This document shows positions 26,887 to 35,696 of a stretch of 64,000 bases of DNA, one piece after another (position 1 is the first letter of the stretch; every line of letters begins with the position of its first letter). The position numbers and the translations under genes were made by a program. The stretch lies in contig BTUM01000037.1 of assembly GCA_045863235.1 (NCBI GenBank), positions 1-64,000 of the forward strand. The letters are read 5' to 3'. This DNA is from Candidatus Xenobia bacterium (GTDB taxonomy: Bacteria > Vulcanimicrobiota > Xenobia > Xenobiales > QWHO01). The notes under the pieces were generated by a model. That model saw nothing but the letters and a program-made list of their open reading frames with translations, made no database searches and was not told the DNA's origin.

Positions 26887-28755
26887 TCAGCTCTTCTGGC
26901 CGGCGATGTAGCCCGGAATCGCGTTGGAGAGCTCCACGTACTGGTTGCCCTTCTCTTCGATCACGCGGCCAGCCGCCTCGCGGTTGGTGCCTTCCTGGAT
27001 GTCGCGCTCGCCGGTGCGAACCGACTCGGTGCCCCGCTTGACCTGGGAGTTGCCCTCGTCCACTTTCTGTTTGCCAGCGTGCTCGGCGGCGTCGCCCGCG
27101 TTGACCTCGGTGAGACCACCAGCCTGGTCGGCCCGACCGGCGGCTTCCTCGACCTGACCGGCCACGATCTTGTCCAGAGCGGCGGTGCGGACGGCCTGGG
27201 AGGCTTCCTGGTCCTGACGGGCCTGACCCACCAGGTCGAGACCCTGCTGCTGGACATCCAGCACCTGGGCCATCAGGTTGACACCCGCGGTCAGCTGCTG
27301 CAGAGCCACCAGGCGCTCCTGGCGGGCGGTGCCCACCTGGGCCTGACCCTGACCGATGGTACCCAATCCGGCTTCCTGCTCGGCGGCGCCGGCCACTTCC
27401 TGATCCAGACCCTGGCGGATCTTGTCCAGGCTGGCTGCCATCTGCGACTTACCGGCGTTGCGGCGAGCCACGCCGTCGGCGACCTCCTGGTTACCCTGGG
27501 TTTCCAGAGCGGCGCTCTGGGCCAGGTGCTGCTGGGAGGCCTGAGCGGCCTCGGCGGCGGCGGTGCGGTCGGCGGCGGCCGACTGGAGCAGCGCGGCGGC
27601 TTCACCTTCGAGGCGGGTGGCAAGAGCGGTCAGGTAAGCGGCGTTCTCGGTGTGGTGCGAGGCCTCAGCGGTGAGCTTCTCGGACCGGTGCGCCTGCACC
27701 TGAGACTCGTGGTGACGCACGGTGGCCACGTCGCGGGTCAAGAGGCCCTCGGTGACGGTGGCGGCGCCCTCGTCCACGTAGCCCGGGATGTCCAGCAAGG
27801 TCGTGCCCGCGCTGGCGTCGATGGCGGCCTTGCGGGCCAACAGGTCGGACAGCTTCTGGGAAGTCTGGCTCTTGGCGTTCTCTACGATCGACTCGGCCTG
27901 GCGCTGGGCCCCTTCCTGGGCGCAGTGAGTGGCGTGAGTGCGAGACTCGGCAGCCTCGGCCTGCTTGGCGGCGGCCTCGGCCTCGGAGTCGGTGGCGCGG
28001 GCGGTCAGTGCCTCGGAGCGGGCCTGGGCGTCCAGGCCTTTGCGCTTCTCGGAGTGGGACTGGCGCAGGTGGCCGCGGCCGTCGCGGATCAGGGCGCGAC
28101 CGGCGTCGGTCTCGGCCATGGCCTGGCGGAACTCGCCCACGCCCTGGTCGACCGTGGTGGCCCCGGCCTGCTCGGTGTTGAATCCGGCCGTCAGAGCGGT
28201 CAGACCGCTCTCGACCAGCGCCTGACCCTGTTTGGCCTGCTGCAACTGGGCACCGAAGTCAGCCGACTTCTGGTCCACGAACTGGCCCACGCTCTCTTCC
28301 AGCACCAGCGCCGTGGCCAGCACCTGGGCTCCGCCCTGGGCAACCTGCTGAGCCTCTCCGGCCGAGTTCAGTCCGCCCTGGAACTCCTGAATGCCCTGCT
28401 GCTCGTTGGCCCCGCCAGCGCTCTCGCGATTCAGACCGTTGACGATCTGCTGCTGACCGGCCAGCTGGCGCTCCAGGCCGGTCTGAATCTGGGCCTGGCC
28501 TTCGGCCGCTTTCTGGTTGCCATCGGCGATGGCCTGGTTGCCAGCCTGGCGTCCTGCCTCGCCGCGCTGCTTCTGGTCCGCGCCGCTGGTCTGCATGTCG
28601 CGGCCGCGGGCGGCCTCTTGCTCACCTTTCTCGCGGAGCTGGCGGGCTGCTTCGGCCGGATCCTGCTCGTCGATGATGGCTCTCTTCTGTTTGCCGGCAG
28701 CGCTCTGCGACGCGGTGTAGACGCTGGCGGTAAAGTTGGTACTCAGGCTGACCAT
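26887..28755 (-). CDS. Giant Ala/Gln/Gly-rich heptad helical protein (paralogue 2)
   Basis: Same composition, central IPGY turn; GGAGG 10 nt before ATG 28755. Confidence 0.85.
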   Translation of the reverse strand: MVSLSTNFTASVYTASQSAAGKQKRAIIDEQDPAEAARQLREKGEQEAARGRDMQTSGADQKQRGEAGRQAGNQAIADGNQKAAEGQAQIQTGLERQLAGQQQIVNGLNRESAGGANEQQGIQEFQGGLNSAGEAQQVAQGGAQVLATALVLEESVGQFVDQKSADFGAQLQQAKQGQALVESGLTALTAGFNTEQAGATTVDQGVGEFRQAMAETDAGRALIRDGRGHLRQSHSEKRKGLDAQARSEALTARATDSEAEAAAKQAEAAESRTHATHCAQEGAQRQAESIVENAKSQTSQKLSDLLARKAAIDASAGTTLLDIPGYVDEGAATVTEGLLTRDVATVRHHESQVQAHRSEKLTAEASHHTENAAYLTALATRLEGEAAALLQSAAADRTAAAEAAQASQQHLAQSAALETQGNQEVADGVARRNAGKSQMAASLDKIRQGLDQEVAGAAEQEAGLGTIGQGQAQVGTARQERLVALQQLTAGVNLMAQVLDVQQQGLDLVGQARQDQEASQAVRTAALDKIVAGQVEEAAGRADQAGGLTEVNAGDAAEHAGKQKVDEGNSQVKRGTESVRTGERDIQEGTNREAAGRVIEEKGNQYVELSNAIPGYIAGQKS

Positions 28756-28809
28756 TTGTTTCATGCCTCCCCAAAATTTGGACAATACTTGTCTCTCTCG
28801 TTCCGCGTC

Positions 28810-28865
28810 AGTATGGCATCACGAACTGAAACCATGCTTAAACGGGCTGTTGACAGGCTGTTAAC
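28810..28865 (-). promoter_or_regulatory. Class A promoter TTAAG-N6-TTCAG-N10-CATACT with upstream class B-like TTAAC-N6-TCAAC
   Basis: Four phased half-sites; GTTAACAGCC/GTCAACAGCC direct repeat. Confidence 0.7.
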
Positions 28866-28910
28866 TTGGCGCCAGAAGGGTCCTCAACGAGCCCGAGGAA
28901 GAGGGGGGCC

Positions 28911-30068
28911 ATGCCGTTCTACCATCGACTCGGGCAGCTGCCCGCCAAGCGTCATACCCAGTTTCGTAAGCCCGATGGCTCGCTTTTCCGCGAAGAGCTG
29001 ATGGGCCAGGAAGGCTTTTCGGGCATCCAGAGCATCCTCTATCACCACTTCATGCCTACCGAGGTGCTCAAAGTGGACTGGCTCGGACAGGCTAAACCCA
29101 AGCTGGTGGACTTCGGGGGATTGCGGGCCCGCCAGTTCCGCACTCGCCAGTTCCCGGCCGGAGGGGACGCGCTGGAGAGCCGGCGGGCCATCCTGGGCAA
29201 TGCCGACGTCATCTTGTACCTGTCGCGCCCAACCCGCTCGATGGAGCACTTCTACCGCAATGGCCAGGCCTATGAGTGCTGGTTCTGCCACGAGGGTCAG
29301 GGCGTGTTTCGCAGCCAGTTCGGCCAGTTGCCCTTCAGCGCAGGAGACTACGTGGTGCTGCCTTTCGGGGTCACCTGGCAATTGCGCCTGGAGAGCAGCG
29401 AGGCTCGCTTCCTGGTGATGGAGGCGCCTTCCCAATTTGCCCCTCCCAGGCGCTACCTCAATCACTACGGCCAGTTGCTCGAGCACGCTCCCTACTGCGA
29501 ACGCGACATCAAGGTCCCCATCGAGCTCGAGACCTACACCGATGAAGGCGAGTTCGAGGTCCACGTGAAGGCCCGCGACGAGCTGCACCGTCACATCATG
29601 CGCCACCATCCCTTTGGCGTGGTCGGCTGGGACGGCTTCCTCTACCCCTGGTCGTTCAATATCGCCAACTTCGAGCCCATCACCGGGCGTGTGCACCAGC
29701 CCCCGCCCGTGCACCAGACCTTCGAGGCTCACAACTTCGTGGTGTGCAGCTTCGTGCCGCGCCTGTTCGACTACCATCCCGAGGCCATTCCAGCGCCCTA
29801 CGTTCACAGCAACGTCAATTCCGACGAGGTTCTCTATTATGTGGACGGAGATTTCATGAGCCGGCGCGGGGTCGATAAGTACGACTTTACCCTCCATCCC
29901 GGCGGGCTTCCCCACGGGCCCCAGCCCGGGGCCACCGAGGCTTCCATCGGCCAGGCGAAAACCGAGGAGCTGGCCGTGATGGTGGATACCTTCCGTCCCC
30001 TGCAGGTGGCCGAGGAGGGACTGGCCTTCGAGCTGCCCGAGTATGCCTATAGCTGGGTCGAAAAGTAG
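28911..30068 (+). CDS. hmgA: Homogentisate 1,2-dioxygenase
   Basis: KRHTQFR, HAPYCERD, VVGWDG, VHQPPPVHQTF, HSNVNSDE, TLHPGGLPHGP; sigmaH-like AGGG-N16-GGAA at 28877-28900. Confidence 0.93.
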   Translation: MPFYHRLGQLPAKRHTQFRKPDGSLFREELMGQEGFSGIQSILYHHFMPTEVLKVDWLGQAKPKLVDFGGLRARQFRTRQFPAGGDALESRRAILGNADVILYLSRPTRSMEHFYRNGQAYECWFCHEGQGVFRSQFGQLPFSAGDYVVLPFGVTWQLRLESSEARFLVMEAPSQFAPPRRYLNHYGQLLEHAPYCERDIKVPIELETYTDEGEFEVHVKARDELHRHIMRHHPFGVVGWDGFLYPWSFNIANFEPITGRVHQPPPVHQTFEAHNFVVCSFVPRLFDYHPEAIPAPYVHSNVNSDEVLYYVDGDFMSRRGVDKYDFTLHPGGLPHGPQPGATEASIGQAKTEELAVMVDTFRPLQVAEEGLAFELPEYAYSWVEK

Positions 30069-30071
30069 TTC

Positions 30072-30305
30072 TCAGCGGAACAGATCGATGTACCAGTCGA
30101 GCAGCTGCGCCACCTGCCTCACATTCATGTAAAGCCATTCCAGGGGCGCATAGAAGAATTCCATGAACTTCTCCAGGCCCGGGGGGTGGCCGGACTGCTT
30201 GAGCAGACCGACTGCCGGCCCGACGCTCAGAACGTAGAGGACCGGCAAGACCCAAGCCAGCCAGAGAAAACGTGACCCGCGTGACTCGGTCGCCTGATCG
30301 TCCAG
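30072..30305 (-). CDS. 77-aa small membrane protein missed by the ORF track (CTG start)
   Basis: Translates LDDQATESRGSRFLWLAWVLPVLYVLSVGPAVGLL...FFYAPLEWLY...LLDWYIDLFR; fills the intergenic gap exactly. Confidence 0.7.
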   Translation of the reverse strand: MDDQATESRGSRFLWLAWVLPVLYVLSVGPAVGLLKQSGHPPGLEKFMEFFYAPLEWLYMNVRQVAQLLDWYIDLFR

Positions 30306-30308
30306 GGC

Positions 30309-33300
30309 TTAGGTGCGCTCCATCACGCGCAGGAAAGCGTCGATCAACACCGGGTCGAACTGGGTCCCCGAGCCGTCGCGCAGCGTCTGCAGTGCATTCT
30401 CGACACTGAACGGCTCCCCATCGGGGCCTCCGGCCAGGAGATCCTCGAAGTGGTCGGCCACGGCGATGATGCGCGAGGCCAGCGGGATGTCGCGCCCGGC
30501 CAGCCCATCGGGATAGCCGTCGCCGTCCCAGCGCTCATGGTGGCTGCGGATGATCGGTCCCAGGTGTTTCAGCGAGCCGATCTGGTTCATGATCTCCTCG
30601 CCGTAGATGGGGTGCTTCTTGAGCTCCTCCAACTCGGCGCTGGTCAGCTCGTCGGGCGGCTTGGCCAGGATCTCCTCGGGCACCTGAATCTTGCCCACGT
30701 CGCGCAGGATGGTGGAAGCGTGCAGAGCGCGCAGGTTGAGCGGACCCTGCTCTTTGAGGAAGTCGGCCATCTCCTCGATCTTCTCGTCGGAGGCACCTCC
30801 CAGAGCGATGCCCACCTGACCGATGTCGATCAGCATGGCGCCGTCTCGGATCTGCTTGCGGGTGCGGAAGTCGTTGATGCCCAGCTCGTCGGCCATGGCC
30901 ATGGCGTGCTGCATCACCTTCTCGGAGCGCTCGGTGGATTGCCCGCCCATCTTGAGCATCACGCCCAGGCTGTGCAGAGCAGCATCTTCGTCCAGGTCCT
31001 GGAGGTCGCCGAGCTCTTTCTCTTTGTTGGCCTTCTTCAGCAGGCTGGTGACGGCCGAGGCGGCGTGGCGGTTGGCGACCGACTCGAGCTGCACGGAATC
31101 CATCTCCGACGCTCCCAAGGTGGCTGCGCGATGGGTTTCCTGAGCCTCGGCCTCCTCGGCGCCCTCGGGCTGCATGGCCGCCATGATGGCTGCCAGTGCC
31201 GTATTGGTCGAATTCTGGGTCTGAGCCGGACCCCGACCCAGACCGTGGGCCGAGTGACGGTCGGCGCCGCGGTCATCGCCGCCCTGCCCCTGATCGCCCG
31301 AGCCAAAGCCAGACTCTTGTTGCTGGGACTGCTGGTTCGCCTGGGCGCCCTGAGCCGAAGCTTGCCGGACGGTGCCGGCCAGAGTCGGCGCGAGACGATT
31401 GGCGGCCCCGGTGGTGGGCTCGGAGTGTTTGTCAAAGCGAGCGTCCTCGGATCCGAATGCCTGGCGCTCGTTTCGCTCGGCGGCCCGCCACTGGGTCAGG
31501 GTCTCCTGACGCAGATCCTGGGTGGGCTCGCGTCGACGCTCGATGGGCGAGATGGGCAGGATCCCGTCCTGCTGCGAGTCCAAAGCCATATCCTCGGAGG
31601 AGGCTGCAGCCGCCTCGCGCACATCGGAAGAGGTGCTGCTGGCTTGAGTGGTCACGCGCTGCGGGGTGGGTCGCAACCCCAGTTGGATGGCCGAGGTGCC
31701 GGCCTCGGCGGGCGCCTGGGTTCGCTCGCTGGCCAGCTCGCGCTCCACCGCTGCGGCCGCCGGCTGAGAGGCAGCTTGGATCGCCTGCGGGGCCAGCGGG
31801 CCGGCCAGGTTGGGACGCACGGGCGCAGGGGGCAGAGTGGGCGTGGCGGGAGCCTCGGCCAACGGCTCTCGGGCTGTCGGGGCCGTGGAAGCCCGCGCGG
31901 TCTCCGGCTCGGGAGCCGAAGGCGCCGGAGGGGCAGTGGGAAGCGTGGTCGAGCGCCGCTGGGCGGCGGCCACCGCCGGCGGACCCTCGGGCGGCCCCAC
32001 CGGCGCGGTCATGGCCGGGCGCACCTCGGCGGCCGCCGGGCGATAGGCCTCGCTGGCCGGTCCAGCCGGGGCGCCCAACGGGAGCGAAGTGCCGGGCGCC
32101 GTTCGGGGCCGCTCGCCGGCGAAGGCAGCACTGGTTCCAGATGGACTCACGGAACGACCGGGCCCTTCGGAACGAGGAGAGCCCTCGCTGCCCCGAGGGG
32201 CGCCCGGGGCCGCGCTCTCGCCCGTGCGGGCGGTCTCGACCGCTGAGACCCGCTGGGGGTCGGTGCGACTGGTCTCGCTGGTGGCCTGCACGGCCACCGA
32301 GGTGCTCCGGCCGGCGTCCTCGCCGCGCCGGGCAGGCTCGGCCGCGCTGCCCTCGTTACGGGGAGCTGTGTTGGCGCGGGCCGGCTCACCGGTTACGCTG
32401 GCCCGTCTTTCGGTTTCTTGACCGCTCGGAGGAGGGGCGGCAGCGCGGGCAGGCTCTTCGGCGGTCGCTCCGCGACGGCCTTCGGTCGGTCTGGAGGGCT
32501 CACCGGACTGCTCGGACCGGTTCTCGGCACGTGCTTCCGCGCGTGCTTCGCTGCGCGGCGCATCGACCCGGGACGGTTCGGAGGCGTGCGATTCCCCACG
32601 AGTCTCGGAGCGAGCCTCGCGGTTCTCGCCTCGCACCTCGACTCGGGCTTCACCTCTGGCTTCGGAGCGTGCCTCAGCTCGTGCCTCGGCCCGGGCTGGC
32701 TCGACCTCACGGGCGTCGCTGCGCTGTGCGTCCGCCGCGCGGCTGGCCTCTTCCACTCGGCGAGGTTCACCACTGTTCTCTCGACGAGTCTCGGCGGCAG
32801 GCGCCGGGGGCTCATTGCGCGGGGCCTCCGCCTGGCGGACCTGCTCGCTGCGCTGAGGCTGTCCCTCGCTTCGTGGCCCTTCGGACGCTCGGACCGGCTC
32901 TGCCTCGGAGCGGGCGGGCTCGTTGCGCGGAGCCTCGGCCTGCCGGGCGACCTCGTTACGCTGCCCCTCGGAGCGGGCCGGCTCGTTGCGCTGGCCCTCG
33001 GTCGGACGGGCCGGCTCACCCTCGGCGCGGGCTGGCTCGTTGCGTGGAGCCTCGGCCGGGCGGGCGGGCTCATTGCGTTGGCCTTCGGCGGGACGGGCCG
33101 GCTCGGTGGCACGGGTCTGCTCCCCACGTGGTGCCTCAGCTTCAGACCGGGCCGCCCGGGTCTCGGGCTGGTTGTTGCTGGCTGGCGCCTCAGTTGGGCG
33201 CGGTCGCTCATCACCACGGTTAGCGGGCGGCTGGGCCGGGGCCGGACGCTCCTCGCCCGTGCGTCCGGTCGTTTCCACCGTGGTCGTCATGCGCTCCCCG

Positions 33301-35561
33301 GTGGGGCTCTGGACGGTCGTGGTGGTGCGCTCGGTTCCGCCTCCCTCGGAGGTCTCCGACACGATGCGCTCGCCGGTCGGCAATTCAGTGGTCTCGCGCC
33401 GGGTCACATTCCGGTTCTCCCCCGAGCGCGGCTCGGGCGTGCCGGGTCGATTCTCGTTCTGATTTTGATTCGGGTTGCGATTGGGCGGCGCGGGCGCGGC
33501 CGCGCGCGGCTCGGTTTCGCCGGGCTTGCCTTCTACGGTCGTGGTGATGCGCTCGCCGGTGGCCGTGGTCACGGTCGTGGTGGTGCGCTCGTTGCCTCCC
33601 TCGACTCGGGCCGTCTCGCTGGTGATGGTCTCGCCGGTAGGCAGCTCGGTGGTCTCGCGGCGGGTGACGTTTTCGGCCCGGGGCGCTTCGGTGCGAGCAG
33701 GCTCGGGCGCGGGAGGCCGATTCTGGTTGTTTTGATTGGGGTTGGGCAAGGTGGCCCGAGGCTCGGTCTCGCCGGGCTTTCCTTCCACGGTGGTGGTGAT
33801 GCGCTCGCCAGTGGCCGTGGTGATGGTGGTGGTGGTGCGCTCGTTGCCCCCTTCGACCCGGGCCGTCTCGCTGGTGATGGTTTCGCCGGTAGGCAGCTCG
33901 GTGGTCTCGCGGCGGGTGACGTTCTCGGCCCGGGGCGCTTCGGTGCGGGCAGGCTCGGGCGCGGGAGGCCGATTCTGGTTGTTTTGATTGGGGTTGGGCA
34001 AGGTGGCCCGAGGCTCGGTCTCGCCGGGCTTTCCTTCCACGGTGGTGGTGATGCGCTCGCCGGTGGCCGTGGTGATGGTGGTGGTGGTGCGCTCGTTGCC
34101 CCCCTCGCCCCGGGAGGTCTCGCTGGTGATGGTCTCGCCCGTGGGCAGCTCGGTCGTCTCACGGCGGGTGACGTTGCGGTTCTCCTCGACCCGCGCAGCC
34201 GGCTGCGGCTCGGGGGTCCGGGCAGTCTGCTGCTGTTGCGGCAGTGGAGCCGGGCGGGCCTCTTCCGAAGGCTTGCCGACGGTCTGGGTGGTGGTGACGA
34301 TCTTCTCGCCGGTCGGCAGGGTGATCGTCTCGGTGCGCGTGTTGCCTTTGGCTTCTTCCGCTTTGGGGGGCGGCGCAGGAGCTTCGACCTTCTCGACCCG
34401 GGTGGTGGTCGTCGTCGTGCGCGTCTCGCCGGTGGGCGACTCGACCGTGGTGGTGGTCCTGGTCTCCTCGGGCTTTTTCTCGTCGGCCCGGGGAGCGAGC
34501 AAGGCTGGCCTCGGACTCTCGGGCGGCTTGCTCTCGGTTGTGGTGGTGACCTTCTCACCGGTGGCCAGAGTGACCGACTCGGTGCGGTTGGCCGGCTTCT
34601 TCTCGCCTTCTGCTTTAGGCTGCTCGGGTTTCTGCTCGTCCTTGCGCTCGACCCGGGTCTCGGTCCTGGTGCTCGTTTCCCCGTTGGCGTCCGTAACCGT
34701 CTCGGTGGTCTCGGTCACGACACGCTCTTCCTCCGGCGCGGCCGCCTCGCGACGGTTCTCAGCCGTCTTGGCACGAGCGGTCTTCTCCTCGCTGGAGCTG
34801 CTGGTGGCCGAGGCCGCCTTCTCCGTCTGCGGCTTCGTCGGGGCCACCCCGGGTCGGACCGTTTCCGTGGAGCTGGCCTCCGACCGGATCACCCTGCCCT
34901 TCTTGTCCTTCTCGGCCGTGGTGACTTCCACGCTGGGCAATTGGCCCGGTTTCTCAACGATGGCCACGGTGACCTCGGAAGTCTTGCCATCGGGACCCTT
35001 GACCTCGACCTTGGTGGCCGTCTGGGTGGTGGTGGTGCCATCGGCTTCCACGACCTGCGTCTTGCTCTGGGTCGTGGCCGCCCCTCCGGGCGCGTCGGTG
35101 GAGCCGGTCTTCACTTCCTCCTTGACCATCTGGCGTCCATCGTCGGTGGTGACTTCCGTGCGCGAGCTGGAGGAACCGTCACTGTTCTTGGTGGTTTCCG
35201 AGCGGGCGCTCTGGACCGTGGTCTGGCCGGTCATCAGAGACTTCGTGCTCTCGATCCTGACCGAAGCCGGTGGCAGCTTGTCCTTGTCCTTCTCCTTGGG
35301 CGCCTTCGTGGGATCGATCCCGAACATGCGAAGGACCGTATCCTCTTTCTTCTTGGCCTCTTTCTGCTCTTTCTTGGACAGCGGCTTTTCGGTTTTGCTG
35401 CCCGGGAAGGCTCCCTCGAGCGAGGTGATGGAGGTCTTGATGACGTCCTGCAGCTCGTTGAGCGACTTCTCGACGCTACCCCCCTTGCTCGACGTCGACG
35501 AGGTCGTCGTCGAGGTCACGGTGGTGGTCGTGTTCTTGATGTCCTTCGAAGGCTGCGCCAA
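30309..35561 (-). CDS. Giant low-complexity repeat protein with C-terminal degenerate HD-GYP domain
   Basis: HPIYG, HHERWDGDGYPDGLAG, IPLASRIIAVAD, GTQFDP; HD dyad replaced (LIDIG, LRDVGK); TTG start after GGAGG. Confidence 0.9.
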   Translation of the reverse strand: MAQPSKDIKNTTTTVTSTTTSSTSSKGGSVEKSLNELQDVIKTSITSLEGAFPGSKTEKPLSKKEQKEAKKKEDTVLRMFGIDPTKAPKEKDKDKLPPASVRIESTKSLMTGQTTVQSARSETTKNSDGSSSSRTEVTTDDGRQMVKEEVKTGSTDAPGGAATTQSKTQVVEADGTTTTQTATKVEVKGPDGKTSEVTVAIVEKPGQLPSVEVTTAEKDKKGRVIRSEASSTETVRPGVAPTKPQTEKAASATSSSSEEKTARAKTAENRREAAAPEEERVVTETTETVTDANGETSTRTETRVERKDEQKPEQPKAEGEKKPANRTESVTLATGEKVTTTTESKPPESPRPALLAPRADEKKPEETRTTTTVESPTGETRTTTTTTRVEKVEAPAPPPKAEEAKGNTRTETITLPTGEKIVTTTQTVGKPSEEARPAPLPQQQQTARTPEPQPAARVEENRNVTRRETTELPTGETITSETSRGEGGNERTTTTITTATGERITTTVEGKPGETEPRATLPNPNQNNQNRPPAPEPARTEAPRAENVTRRETTELPTGETITSETARVEGGNERTTTTITTATGERITTTVEGKPGETEPRATLPNPNQNNQNRPPAPEPARTEAPRAENVTRRETTELPTGETITSETARVEGGNERTTTTVTTATGERITTTVEGKPGETEPRAAAPAPPNRNPNQNQNENRPGTPEPRSGENRNVTRRETTELPTGERIVSETSEGGGTERTTTTVQSPTGERMTTTVETTGRTGEERPAPAQPPANRGDERPRPTEAPASNNQPETRAARSEAEAPRGEQTRATEPARPAEGQRNEPARPAEAPRNEPARAEGEPARPTEGQRNEPARSEGQRNEVARQAEAPRNEPARSEAEPVRASEGPRSEGQPQRSEQVRQAEAPRNEPPAPAAETRRENSGEPRRVEEASRAADAQRSDAREVEPARAEARAEARSEARGEARVEVRGENREARSETRGESHASEPSRVDAPRSEARAEARAENRSEQSGEPSRPTEGRRGATAEEPARAAAPPPSGQETERRASVTGEPARANTAPRNEGSAAEPARRGEDAGRSTSVAVQATSETSRTDPQRVSAVETARTGESAAPGAPRGSEGSPRSEGPGRSVSPSGTSAAFAGERPRTAPGTSLPLGAPAGPASEAYRPAAAEVRPAMTAPVGPPEGPPAVAAAQRRSTTLPTAPPAPSAPEPETARASTAPTAREPLAEAPATPTLPPAPVRPNLAGPLAPQAIQAASQPAAAAVERELASERTQAPAEAGTSAIQLGLRPTPQRVTTQASSTSSDVREAAAASSEDMALDSQQDGILPISPIERRREPTQDLRQETLTQWRAAERNERQAFGSEDARFDKHSEPTTGAANRLAPTLAGTVRQASAQGAQANQQSQQQESGFGSGDQGQGGDDRGADRHSAHGLGRGPAQTQNSTNTALAAIMAAMQPEGAEEAEAQETHRAATLGASEMDSVQLESVANRHAASAVTSLLKKANKEKELGDLQDLDEDAALHSLGVMLKMGGQSTERSEKVMQHAMAMADELGINDFRTRKQIRDGAMLIDIGQVGIALGGASDEKIEEMADFLKEQGPLNLRALHASTILRDVGKIQVPEEILAKPPDELTSAELEELKKHPIYGEEIMNQIGSLKHLGPIIRSHHERWDGDGYPDGLAGRDIPLASRIIAVADHFEDLLAGGPDGEPFSVENALQTLRDGSGTQFDPVLIDAFLRVMERT
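33250..34180 (-). repeat. Intragenic 252-bp (84-aa) tandem repeat, about 3 near-identical copies plus a degenerate one
   Basis: NVTRRETTELPTGETITSET...ERTTTTITTATGERITTTVEGKPGETEPR repeated; identical DNA at 33736 and 33988; ends approximate. Confidence 0.9.
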
Positions 35562-35696
35562 AGGGGAATCCTCCCAAAACGTCGTTCCGATAGCGTACCA
35601 CTCGATTGCCAAGCGAGCGTGAAGAGGGTGGTAAACTTTGTTAAAAGTTTGCTGCCAGGTTGTTAAATTCTCTGGACGGGGCGTAGAAGCCTTTCG

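Noticed and set aside
23299..29001. Long Leu/Gly-rich ORFs 23299-25644 (-) and 26863-29001 (+)
   Set aside because: These are antisense shadows of the Gln/Ala-rich helical genes, which have the promoters and mutual homology.
32418..35666. 1082-aa and 544-aa plus-strand ORFs; repeats resembling a CRISPR array
   Set aside because: They are shadows of the repetitive HD-GYP gene. The repeats are in-frame 252-bp coding units with no unique spacers and no cas genes.
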